Positions 20,198 through 32,399 of a stretch of DNA of 64,000 nt are shown in pieces; the stretch's first letter is position 1, and every line of letters starts with the position of its first letter. The stretch is from Sminthopsis crassicaudata (taxonomy: Eukaryota), in assembly GCF_048593235.1 (NCBI RefSeq), contig NC_133617.1, forward strand, positions 631,822,958-631,886,957, given 5' to 3'. A program made the position numbers and the translations under genes. The notes beneath the pieces were generated by a model. It was not told the origin of the DNA and made no database searches. It was given only the letters and a program-made list of their open reading frames with translations.

Positions 20198-23100
20198 CTA
20201 CTTTGTAGAGAGAATGAGGGCCACAATCAGGCCGTACAGGCCGAGCACCTCAGCGAAGATCAGAATCAGGATCATCCCCACGAATAGTCGGGGCTGCTGT
20301 GCTGTCCCCCGGACACCAGCATCACCTACAATGCCAATGGCAAAGCCAGCTGCCAGCCCGCTCAGGCCCACGCTGAGGCCTGCTCCCAGCTGAAGGAAGC
20401 TCCTAAAAAAGTCAAAGGTCAGAAGTCAAAATCTCAAACAGGTTAACTACTCACATGCAAAAGGAGAGGGGGTACACCAAGGGGGAAATTGCTGACCTAA
20501 ATTCTCCCTTCTTCCACTAACTCTCCCCAACCCTCTAAAAAATTCCTCAGAGGCCACCCTGGCTAAGTTAATTACTGAATGAATAGGGTCAGCAGCTAGA
20601 ATTGTAAATATACAGGCAAGAAGGGAGCAAGGAAAGGAGAAGGATCTTGTAACTGAGGAGGTAGGGGTGCTAGATAGATAGGTACCATCTAAATTATTCA
20701 TGAGAATTTCTTCTGTGACCTAAGTCTGAGCAGAGAGAGCCAGGAGGGGAGAGAGTGGGAGGTTCAGGACTGGCACTCACTTGAACAGGGTGATTCCTGG
20801 TGTCAGAGAGTTGGCGATGAGAACAGCCACCACCAGACCATAGATAGCGATGATACCAGCCATGACAACGGGAATGATTGACTTCATGATCAGCTCAGGT
20901 CGCATAACTGACATGGCTGCAATACCAGTTCCACTTTTTGCTGTACCATAAGCTGCACCAAGAGCTGAGAAAGGAAGGGAGGGAAGTAATCAATCAATAA
21001 ACATTTATTTAACCTTTCCCTACCCTACCCTACCTTCAAATTTTAACAGGGAAGGCCAATATGGGAAAAATTGCACACAAAGGATATAGTGTAAATGGGA
21101 GCTGATCATAGAGAAAGTACTTGCAGTTTGGAGTGGGAATGATCACTTGTAGAAGGGGGGAGTTTAAGCAAATTTTAAAAGAAGTCAAAAGGGAAAGTTA
21201 AAAAAAAAAAAAAAAAAAGGTGAATCATAACCTCCTTGCAGGCAGACCTGTAGACAACAATTGAAAGCTTAATTCAAACCCACTTGCAGTCTCATGCTTC
21301 AAATGAATTATTTGCTCTGCTTCCAGTTTGAGAACTATTAACACTGTCCCCCTCTCCTCACCAAGTCCATATACAGCTTTCGAGAATGGAAAAAGATGGT
21401 CTATTAACTCAAAGTTATAATTCCTACATCACAAGAGTCAAATTGCATAATAGAGAAAAGGCAGAAATGTGATGGAAATCCCATTCTTCATTGTGGGCTC
21501 AAAAGCTCAACATAACAAAAAAAAAAAAAAAAAAAGGGGGGGCCCTTTAACATCTAGGAAAATGCTTATTTCTTTCTTAACCAATTCTTAATCTGAGACA
21601 CATGAAGTAACTGTTTATTATCTGTTTGGTCCCTACGTCTGATATCCAAAACCTAAGAGAAAAATGTAAAGACTCTTTCTCTCAAAGATTCTTTTAATAT
21701 AAGAAAATGATTAGCTTATCAAGGGAATGCACATCAAGGAGGAGCAATTTAAAATTTTACTTCAAAGGTTATACCACCTTAAGCAGATACCACCAAATTT
21801 TTACTAAGCTGAAAGCAGGAAGGGGAGATTGGAAGCTTAGGTATACAAAGAAGAAAACTGTAGAAATAAAGAGGAAATCCTAGAGACTGTTGGGCTTGGA
21901 TTCAAGATCAAAAAGTTAAAAATTTGTTCTAACAGCTATAGAAACAATTAGATGAATGACAAATGTGAAAAACCAGCAGAGCAAAGTGGCAAGTATTCTT
22001 CATTGTAAACCTAGGACCTTAAAATATTCACCTTAATTCATGGTTCCTAAGAGGCGATATAAATCACCTTTCTTAGTCCCAAAGTACAGGTTACTATCAT
22101 CTAAAAACCAGCACCAGTTCATCTGGTGAAGAGTCCTCTGCTATAGTTGGGCAAAACTCAAACTCTGTCTTTTTTTTTTTTTTCCCTGAGGCAACTGCAG
22201 TTAAGTGATTTGCCCAGGGTCACACAGCTAGAAAATGTGTGTCTAAGGCCAAGTTTGAACTTAGGTCCTCCTGACCTCAGGGCTGGTTCTCTATCCACCT
22301 AGTTGCCACAACTCTCCCTTCTTTCAATGCAAAATGCCTTTTGTTTCATGTCCCACATGGAAGTCCTAGTCCAAATTGCACACTGAAGACACAGGATCCG
22401 GAGAAAGTGACTAAGGGTTTTACATATTTCAGATCATAAAAAGCCACTGGTTTGCTGATAAGTGATATTACCTTGGAAAAAGAAATGTGCATAGAATGCT
22501 GAGCAAGAAAGAAAAGATCTGGAAGAAAGTTGAGTATCCAGGAATTTGAGATAAACTGGATAGATGACCTCTAGAGGTCAAAAAATGTACACAATGATGG
22601 GGTGAGGGAGAAGGGAAAGAGTGGCAGGTTGAGTAAAGGGAAAAAACCTCTATGGGCAGAGATACAGAAAAGATATGAAATCTTATTCAAAGTATGCTTC
22701 TGCACTTAACTTCAGGTCAACAGGTCAAGATGTGAAGAAAGACAAGGAAGTAGCAGAAAATACCAAGAACAAGGAAGAGCTGTGGAGTGAAGACCAAATT
22801 CTATTCTAGACTTACAGTATTGAATACCACAAGGTTTTTATCAAGAATTCAGACTCAAAGTACTTGCCCTTCTGACTACCAGTCTTAATTTCTAATTGGC
22901 TTCTTTGCTTGGTGAAGATAGATAATGCAGAGTATTACAAAGCACTATATGACTCCTATGCTACTCTGCTCTCAATCTATTCTTCACAGGATGCTTGACT
23001 AATCATCCTACTGGATAGCTCTAATCATATTGCCTACATATTAAGAACATGTTCCCTAATATTATAGTAGAAGGTATTTTTGGCCCTACCAGGATCTTCT

Positions 23101-26100
23101 ACTGCTCCTTAAAATGATAAGTTCATTCATGATTTTGTGCTTTCATTCTACTTCATACTGCCTATAATATTCCCTTCTTACATAGTTATACCTTAAAGGG
23201 ACAAAAACCAATTCAAATTCTATCTTTACCAGATCACTCAAGTCCACAGTGGATTCACTTCTCTGAAGGACTACAGTATTTCTGGTATTTACTAACTCAA
23301 AGATTTGATGCACTGCTTGAGGAAGAATTAGGCCAAAGTTGTTCTGTATTCTTCCATTTCCAGATTTTTAAAGATGCATCCTGGGTGACTAGGTTGATTC
23401 CCATCCTTACCAGAAAAGAGGTAGGGAGAGAAAAATACAGAACAAAGCTATCTGTAACTGTATTTTTTTTTTTTTGAGGCTGGGGTTAAGTGACTTGCCC
23501 AGGGTCACACAGCTAGGAAGTGTTAAGTATCTGAGACCAGATTTGAATTCAGGTCCTCCTGAATTCAAGGCTGGTGCTCTATCCACTGTCCCACCTAGCT
23601 GCCCCTCTGTAATTGTAATTAACATGGCATGTACAAGACAGCAAGGAAATTGGCTTTATTTGATATATTTCGTGTTGAATGAGATGAGAGTGAACCTGTC
23701 TAGCTGTAGAATAAAGTAAGGCTTTAAATGTCAGGCTCATGGTTTGAATTCCTATGATACCAATAAAAATCAGCAATGCTATGTCAGATATAACCCAAGA
23801 TAAAGATGATGAGGGCTTAGCCAAGTTTTCTCTTTTATATAAAAAACTAGGAAAAATGGCAATGACAAAATGGTGTTGAACAAACAAACAAAAAAAGTTA
23901 GGAACACTAAGTTTTTGCGAAGCAAGACTAATCTGGATTCAGACAACAACAAAAAATCCTATAAGCAATTGACAATACAGAACTAGAGTGCAGGAGAGCA
24001 GATTAAGAGTCAGATAAAGATAAAGGACATCTACTCAGATGCAAAAAAGTTGAACCATATGAAAATTTGCACCCTCCACTGGAAAGACCTTGGACAAAGC
24101 TTTGAGGCTGGGGTTAAGTGACTTGCCCAGGGTCACACAGCTAGTAAGTGTTAAGTGTCTGAGACCAGATTTGAACTCAGGTCCTCCTTGTCAAGTTACT
24201 GAGGAAGACAGAAAATCCAGCAAAAGAACTTTACAAAGATAGAACAAAGGTTGGAAAACCAGGAGAACTGTGTGATCAGAGTAGGAGTATTGTTTCAAGG
24301 AAAATGCAAAAAGAAAAAAAAAAAATCACTGCATTAGGCAGGAGTAGGCATTGGTAACCTTGGGAAGAAGAGTTTCAGGAAAGTGTTAGGGGTAAAAATA
24401 AGATTGAAAGGGTATTAAAGGAGTAGGCACGAAGCTATGAATATCTAAGATGTTAGAATGTTCCTAGAGTAGGCAGATTATAAAATGTTTGTAATTGTTT
24501 AAACCAGTAACAATGCAATACCTCCATATATACAGAAAGAACCAGTGGTTAAGAGACTCTAAAGATGTAACAAGATACATGTAAGGGAGTAAGATTCCAT
24601 AGCATTAGGAAAACCCTAAGGTTTGGGCTCATAGTATAGTAAAAAGAAAATTATATTTGAGTTAAAGGACTTGGGTTCAAAGCCTATCTTTGCAGCAGAA
24701 CCCAATCTATGCAACCTCAAGCACATCATTTCATTTTTCTGGGCCCCAATTTGCTCCTGTTGGCTTCTATCATCCTTTCTGAGTCTAAATCTATGATGAG
24801 GGAATAAGACTTTCACTTTCTGTACTGGAGAAAAATATATGTAATAACCACCCTCAATTGTTTTATATTTAGTATTAACTTTTTTCTGTATCCATATTCT
24901 CCCTGCCCTACTCCCAAGAGAATGTAAGCTCCTTAAGGGTAAACATTCCTCTTTGTCAGGACTTCTAGAGCCTGACAAATTTTAAATAAATGCTCGCTGA
25001 ATGAACATAGGAAACAGTAGCTGTCTCCTAATTTGTTCACAAGCACACAACAGCCAACGTAAGATCTGAAAAGGCTAAAATGAACAAATAGTACCATCGA
25101 CCACTTCATTGCATGAATCTAGGCCAGATAAAGAGAAGCTGATGGAGCAAACACAAAATGGAGGATAGCTAAGGACTGTGCAGCTAAAAACCAAGGGGAA
25201 GAAGCTCAGGAACAGATTGTTGGGCCACCACCCATAAAGCTATTGCTAAAGACTGAAGGGTGGGGTTGGAACAATTTTTTGCTTCAGTGGTGGCAGAAGA
25301 CATTTTTTAACCAGTGGCTCAGGTTTGTCAGAAGTCAGGATGCATTTGCCAAAAAGTCACATACCCACTCTATTAGGGTGCATGTTCAAAGCTTCTAATG
25401 CATTTAATGTTATGATGTCAAATTACTTGTAGAGTCAATGAAAGCACGGACACATGATTTGGAAATAGCAGAAGTTCCTTCTCAGATTCTGCATAGAATG
25501 AGAAATGGTTTCCTAAGGCTTTTGCCACAAATTAAAATCCCATGTGAAAAGGAAGGAATGACCAGTCAATAGCATTTGACATTGAGACACCACGGAGGGA
25601 GACACACTTGGACAAGAAACAGGCAACAGGGTGAGCAGCGTATGAGTCAGTATGTGGAAGCTGTTGGAGACCCTTGGAGTTTATGACTGGCTCAGTCCAG
25701 GTTTCCACTGATGAGGTATTTACAGTCAGCAGATGCTATTTAGTGTTCAAACCCTTCACATACCTATAAACATACTTGAATCAGTCACTAAAGCAGGACA
25801 AGACAGGGCTTGGTTCCTGAAGCCAAAACCCAAACCCACTAGATGAGGATAAGACCAGGCAAAACCAGCCAGAGACTGCTGAATAGGAGTCAATCTCTTC
25901 ACTAAACTCTTCATTCTTTATGTGATTCCTTACCCCTGCCCCTCTTTCTTGCTCAAACCCAGATCAGCAGAACATTTGGTCTTCTGGTAAGTATGGAAGG
26001 AGGTATGCCAGGCACCCATGGATCCTGCTAGTCTTTTCCAAGGATATGTCACTAACTAAAGTGACCTAGTTCTCTCTCGCATTTTCAAGAGAAACTATAA

Positions 26101-28649
26101 CATGACTCAGTGACTTATCTCCAGAATCAAAAACAAAATCCTTCACAACCTTATGCCATTCCTGTCTTGATGTTCTTGAATAAGACCTTCTATCTATCAA
26201 ATCTGGGCATTCTTACTGGCTGCCTTAAATCCCAGGTATAGGAAATCCCTTCTATAGGAGGCCTTTCCCATTAATTCTATTGATTTTCCTCTTTCCTATG
26301 TATAACTTGTCTGTTATTTCATCCATGAAATTAAGGGCAACAGGGTGGGGGTGGGGGAATTGGTACAAAGAGCCTCAGACCCAGGGTGACTTTGGATAAG
26401 TCACTTAACCTCTCTGCTTCCTTATCTGTGAAATTTAGGATAATCTCTCAGGGATTTCATGAACATGAAATGTCATAGTGATTGTAAAGTGCTTAGCAGT
26501 TACTGGCATATAATATGGATTATAAACATTAGCTGTTATTGTGAGCACCTAGGAAAAAGGAACTGTCTTGCTTTTCTTTGTATCCCAGGGGTTAAAGTTA
26601 ATACAGTGTCAGGCACAGTGTTCAAAAAATACTCCATAAAAGCTGACTGACAGGTCTCTTTCAGAGCCCCAGAGAATGGTACACACCCAACTTCAAAAGA
26701 ATTTGAAACTATAGTCTTTAAGAGTGGGGACATCTGGCAGTCATCCATTTATTTGGACCCCTGAAGGCAAAACAAAGTAAAAGGTCAAATTCTTCCCATT
26801 TACATCTTAGGTAAGGGGACCCTAAAGCTTTATTCCTCCATTCCAGTTCAGAGGCATGCTCTGGATTAGGCTGCCTCAAGATTACTAATTTTGTTAATCC
26901 AATTCAGCAAGTATTTGTTATAAGGTTCTGCACAGACAAAAACTTAAAACAGAGACCATCTTCTGCTTGTAGGATCTTACATTCTATTTGGAGGAAACAT
27001 AAGAGAAGGTAAAATACAAAGAATTGAAGGGAAGGGAGAAGAGGTTACCTCTAAGGGCAGATATATATATATATATATATATAAATGAAGGTGGGAAATG
27101 GAATGAACAGGAATGGCAAGTAGACAAATTTGGTGGGAATGTATGTACACGTGTGTGAAGAAGGGTAACATGATAAACCTTGTGCTGGAGTCTGAAGGAT
27201 TTTAAAAGCCAAAATTATATTCTATAGGGGAAAAGAGAACTTCCTGAGAAGAGTGGGAAGAGATAAGGGTAACTGGAAAGATGGGAGTGTCTTAAAACAT
27301 TAATAGGGAAGTTAAAAAAAAAAAAAGCGCTGAAGGGGAAATAATGACTAGCTTTGGATATGCAGAGATTGAGATAAGCTTGAGAGACATCCAACTTAAG
27401 ATGTCTGATAAGCTTTCGGGAGCGAAGTTAGAATTTAGATAAGAGATTTGGGTGCAGAGAACAAGGGAGAACAGGATTTGAAACATGGATAATAACCCAA
27501 CAAAGATGAGGGAGAAAAAAGCAGCCAGATATAGCTAGAATATAATCACAAAAACTGAGTATTTGACAATAGACAATTGTTAAGGATCAAGGAGTTCAGT
27601 TGAGTGAGGTCAATTCAAAGAGTAATGGGATTGAAAAGCACTACAGTTTTTTCCAAGGAAAAACAGGTACAGGAGGCCACAAAGGAAGAAAAAGGCACAC
27701 CAATTCAAGCAGTTTGGGAGACAGGGGCTGCCAGGAATGAGAATCGTCTCAAGGCATTGGTCAGCCTTTGCAACAGAATAAGATGTCTTTACCAGCTCTT
27801 TCACACCTCCAAGTCTTTCTAAAATTCCCAAACCATTGTAGGGGGGCAACAGATGACAATCAGGTCAAACCTCCAAAAACACCAAATGGCCATATTGAAG
27901 TGAGACCTCCACGAGACGAGTGAATGCCGTCTTTGGGGCGAATGCCAGCATTTCAGAGGCAAAGACAGGAATGGCGAGGATGATTAATGATCCTCTCTGG
28001 ACAAAACGAGCTTCCAGCAGAAAGGACGAATCTGTGAGCTAGCTGCCTGCCCTCCAACCTGTTACACCAGTCGGGCACCCCTGTTCCTCTTTCAGGGATA
28101 GGCTCTGGGTGGCCCAGTGGGCCAGGCCTTTTTAATGAGGTCACTCACAGCACCATAATGGAAAAGGTAGGGCTCTAGCATCCCGGTATCTCCAGAAGCT
28201 AAAATGGCAGCTCCGCAAAACGCAGCTCTTGCCCCTCCCCACCCCAGATCTGCGGGAGTCTGCAGAAGCGCGGAGGGGGCAAAGAGAGGAGCAGCCGCCC
28301 TGCATAGTGCGGGGCATTCACTGCAGACCCCGAGCCTACTGACGGCTAGGAGTCATCGGGACCCTCCCGTGTCACCCATCCCCGAGACAAGATACCCACC
28401 ACAAAGACCCCCAAAAAGGAGGTGAACCCCTCCCCGCAGTCACATGACGTGCCGAGGGGGGGGCGCCCCAGCTGGCTGGAGCTGTCGTCAGCCTGTGACG
28501 TCACCAGGCCTAAACCCCGGATGGAGAGGCCCGAGACCCCCAAGACCGCGCGTTCTCGACCCCACCCTGCCCCTCTCACCGCTGAAGACCATGGCGGCCG
28601 AAGCGCCCATGACGGCGAAGAAGGACGCGTATTCCGGATTCTCGGACAT
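20198..28649 (-). CDS. ATP6V0C: V-type H+-ATPase 16 kDa proteolipid subunit c (3 coding exons, 152 aa)
   Basis: Exons (minus): 28580-28649 ([23 protein letters not shown]), 20781-20964, 20198-20402 (...[20 protein letters not shown]); total 459 nt, GT-AG; proton-carrying Glu (E136) intact. Confidence 0.99.
22170..22307 (-). mobile_element. WSINE1-type SINE
   Basis: T-tail followed by gttaagtgatttgcccagggtcacacagctag...ggtcctcctgacctcagggctgg. Confidence 0.85.
23463..23605 (-). mobile_element. Young full-length WSINE1 with 12-bp TSD
   Basis: Near-consensus body ending ctagctgcccc; flanks tctgtaactgta (23451-23462) and tctgtaattgta (23606-23617). Confidence 0.92.
24101..24187 (-). mobile_element. 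5'-truncated WSINE1
   Basis: tttgaggctggggttaagtgacttgcccagggtcacacagctag...gaactcaggtcctcc. Confidence 0.85.
26370..27620. mobile_element. MIR and L2 fragments, including a (TA)n tract at about 27060-27082
   Basis: gtgactttggataagtcacttaacctctct (MIR), L2 3'-end motifs and purine-rich reverse-strand L2. Confidence 0.6.
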
Positions 28650-29300
28650 GTCTGCGCGGGGTCGGTAGGCTGGAAGGTGGATGGGGCAAAGGGAGAGAAG
28701 CAAGGGCACGGGGCTGGGTAGTGGGTAAAGGACTGGAGGGTGGGCAGGCGAGTGGGACGGCGTGAATTCGGGAGGCACCGGCTCCGGTCCGCTCTGCGAT
28801 CTAAATACCACCACCGCAGAACAAAATGGCGGCCGCAGTGGCGTCACATGATCTGAAAGCCCTGCCCCTGGTCTGCACCATTTGGCACCTGTGGGAGGTG
28901 ATCAATCGGGTGAGGCTGACCAATCTACGTCCCATCCGGCCATTCTAGGAACGTCACTACAGGAATATATTGCTAATTATTTTTTTAATTGGAACAAGTG
29001 AATATTCCTAGCTGGATATCTTTTGTTTTTCCATAAGTGCAATATTGGACTCTATCAGTTCCCCCTTCTGATTTAGATTCAAGTGAGCCCGTCCGACCAC
29101 CTGACTCCGGGGGCAGGTCCATAGCTCCGCCCTCAGCCGCAGGATTCGCTTTTATTAGCATAAGGGGCGTGCTTGGGGATTAGTTCCGCCTCCTCTGCGG
29201 ACTCCACTTCTCCGCCTCTCTAGACCCTGGGACAGACTCTGGATTTGGTAATAGGCTTGGTCCCTGCCCAGGGCTTTCGAATTCCTGTCTTCCCTTGGTG
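28150..29300 (-). promoter_or_regulatory. CpG-island promoter of ATP6V0C with CLEAR-like, YY1 and CRE motifs
   Basis: GTCACATGAT 28843-28852, YY1-type AAAATGGCGGC 28823-28833, intronic GTCACATGAC 28439-28448, TGACGTCA 28496-28503. Confidence 0.8.
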
Positions 29301-30727
29301 AAGCGTCCACCTTGGTTTCCCCAGGGTCCCGGTCACTTAGCTTTGCATCATTTTAATATGTCTTCTCATCAATGGTTCTCCTTTCCCTGCCCGTACACCC
29401 CAATGGAGTCTTTCCCTCCTTCCGGCCCCTCCCCCTCATTCTATGCTCCCTCTCTTCCTCCCCTCCCCCCGGCAAAGGTGCTCCCCATTTACAGCCTCCC
29501 TGCCCCCGAAAACCTGGGAGTAGGGAGAAAAGTCATCTCGGTGGCTATATAGGTCTGGAGGTACTAGAAGTTATCAATGGAGGCTTCCGGGGCCGGGTGT
29601 CTCCAGGCAGGAGGGAATCTACCATAAAACTGGGTTTCTAAGGCCCTTAGCCAGACTAACGTCCCCATTTTTCAGATGGAGAAATCGAACTGCGGCTAGG
29701 CGGAGGTGTCTCCAAGGACGTGCTAGGAAAGAAAGTCCCATTTAGAGGCAGAAAGGGGAACTTCTTTCCGACCATTATTTCCCAACTTAGGAGGCGTGTC
29801 CCGGAGGGCAGCTGCAGCCCGATCCCTCCCAGGCAGATCTGGTCTGCTCCTCTCTCCTTGGCTGGACGGGCAATTTTAAGTGTGTATTCCTATGCTCTTT
29901 GGAGGTTTCCTAAGTCTTTTTCCAAAACAGCACCGCAGGTAGTGCAGGTGTTCATGTCAGACTAGGAATTTGGCCCAAGCCCCACAGACCCCTGAGTGAG
30001 GCCGCAGTCCGTGAGCGATGGGCATAGGTCATATGCGAACTGAGAGCACAGTTTGGAGGGGCCGGCTCGCCGGGGGCAGGGCTTCCATCCAGCCTCAGCC
30101 AGCTCTCCCGGGTCCTGCTGCCGCTTCCTTCAAACAGAATGTTCCGCGGCGCTGTCTGTGAGGAGGAGGGGAGGGATACAATGCCTTCCTTCATCCTCCG
30201 CTGGAGCCACTTCCTCTTAGTGAGAATCACGGGTTTCAGGCGGAATCACAGGACCGGCTCCCGCTCAGTGTTAGGGGTGTTTGGGGGGGGGGGTGATGCG
30301 GAGAGCACGGTGTCATTATATAGGTACGGGGCAGGGGAGAGAACGTTGATTCTGTGGCATCATAGGATCCTAGATTTAGATTTAAAAGACTTCAGAGGAG
30401 GGCCGGGCTTTCGTGTCCAGATACACATAGAGACAGAGCTAGCATTTCAACCCCACACCATCTGGCTCTCGGCCGTGGCGCTTTCAACCTGCAGAATAAT
30501 TTGCTGGCCTAACTCAGCGCTCACCTAGTGTTAGCGTGCCCCTTCCTTTCCAAATCCCCAAGCCTGCTTCCCCGTTCCAATCAGTGTGGTGTGAGGGGCT
30601 GTTACAGGCTCTTCTCTCTTATCCCGCTCCCGTGCAGACCAACCCTGACTGGGTTTTTTGTCTGATCTATGAAACTGAGGATCTCTGTACATTTACCTTG
30701 ATTACGCATCCCTGCCTTATATAACGG

Positions 30728-30945
30728 AGGCAGGTAGGCGGCCCAGTGGGGCGCTGAATCTGGAGCCAGCGAGACCCGAGCTCTTAAGTACATGAACTGT
30801 GTGGCTGTGCACAGACAAGTCACTCAGCCGAATGTGTCAGAGCTTCCTCATCTGTAAAATGAGCTGGAGAAGGAATGGCAAATCACACTCGTGTCTCAGC
30901 CTAGAAAACCCAAATGGGGTCACAAAGTTAGACATGACTGAGAAA
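30728..30945 (+). mobile_element. MAR1-type SINE with a CpG-retaining head
   Basis: ggcaggtaggcggcccagtgg head, cttcctcatctgtaaaatgagctggagaagga core, aaaacccaaatggggtcacaaag tail. Confidence 0.75.
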
Positions 30946-31129
30946 AAAATCAATTTTATTCTATTCCTGCGTTCCTGATACTGATAAAAATGTAACTTCC
31001 TGAGGATACCACAGTCTTTTTTCCCTAATATTCTTTATGAAGCTTCCTATTGTTCTGGTTCCTTTTCCCCACCCATTCTCGTCTGTTTCTTGCTTCACTC
31101 CCACTATTACTGCTAAGTCTATTCCGCTG

Positions 31130-32330
31130 TGGTTCGATACAAAAAGAGGCAAACATAGTCCTCAAGGAGCTCACAATCTATGGGGAAGAGAAGAAGAAAA
31201 CAACCAAGTATAAACAAACTATAAGTTAGATGTGAAATAATGAAAAGGAAGGCATTTGAGTTGAGAGGAATTTGTAAATATTTTTAACTGAGACTTGAGG
31301 GAAGCCAGTGGGTGGACGTGGGGAGGGGGAGCATTCGAGGCATGGGAGGAAATCAGAGAACATGCTTGGAGCTAACAGGTGGAGCGTCTCGTTTGTGGAG
31401 GGGCCAGGGGGCCGGGGTCACTGGATCAGAGAATACATGTTGGAAAGTAAGGAGACTAAAAGCAGATGGTGTTAGGTTATGAAGGACTCTGAATGCCACA
31501 CAGATCCTGGAAGTGATAGTAAGCCTATGTTTGAGTACGGGGTTGACATAGTTAGACCTTCACTTTAGGAAAATTACTTAAGTAGATGGAGGAGGGTTGG
31601 AGCAGGAAAAGACTCGGAGCTGAAAGACCCAGCAGCAGGCTATCTCCAAAATGCAGGTGCGAGGAGATGAGAGTCTGCCCTAGAGTGGTGGCAAAGTCGG
31701 AGAAGAGATAACAGCTTAAGGATGGTAATTAAATCCCCAGATCATCAGAGTGCCTAGAACTGAGCCCTGAGGCTAAAACCAACGTTAGATAGGGAAGAGG
31801 ATCCAGAAAAGGGCATTAATATTTTAGTAACCCATGGATGGTGTGAGAATCAAATGAGAAATTGTCAAGAACTTTGCAAACATTAAAATCTTTTAAATGT
31901 CGGTTATTATTACTATCATAATTAATACAAGGTTACTTGAGTAGAAAAGCATTAACAACTGGGGAAGGTCAAAGAAGGACTCATCTGAGCTGAGCCTAGC
32001 AGGAAGATAAGGATTCTGAAAGACGGAGATGAGCTAAGAGTATGCTGCCGATCTGGGGTGGAGGAGGTGGGTCAGTTTGTACAAAAGCATGGGGGCAGGA
32101 GATAGCATGTCACATTTAGACTACAGCTAGTTTGACTAGGAGGACTCAATCAATCATTAATAAGTATTTATTAAAGGATTACTATGTTCCAGGCAGTATA
32201 CTAAGTGCTAATGATACAAAGCAGTTCCTGCCCTCACATTCTAAAGGTGGTGAGCAACAAGATACACACAGAGTAGAAACAAAATAATCGCAGAGGAGAA
32301 GGGACTAGCTGCTGGGAGACCTGGGGAAAG
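31130..32330 (-). mobile_element. L2 fragments
   Basis: cctcaaggagctcacaatcta and caatcaatcattaataagtatttattaa L2 3'-end motifs. Confidence 0.65.
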
Positions 32331-32399
32331 TGCTTTTTTGTTTGTTTGTTTATTTGTTGTCTTTTTGATTTGAGAATTATTTAAGATTAATCCTAAAAG

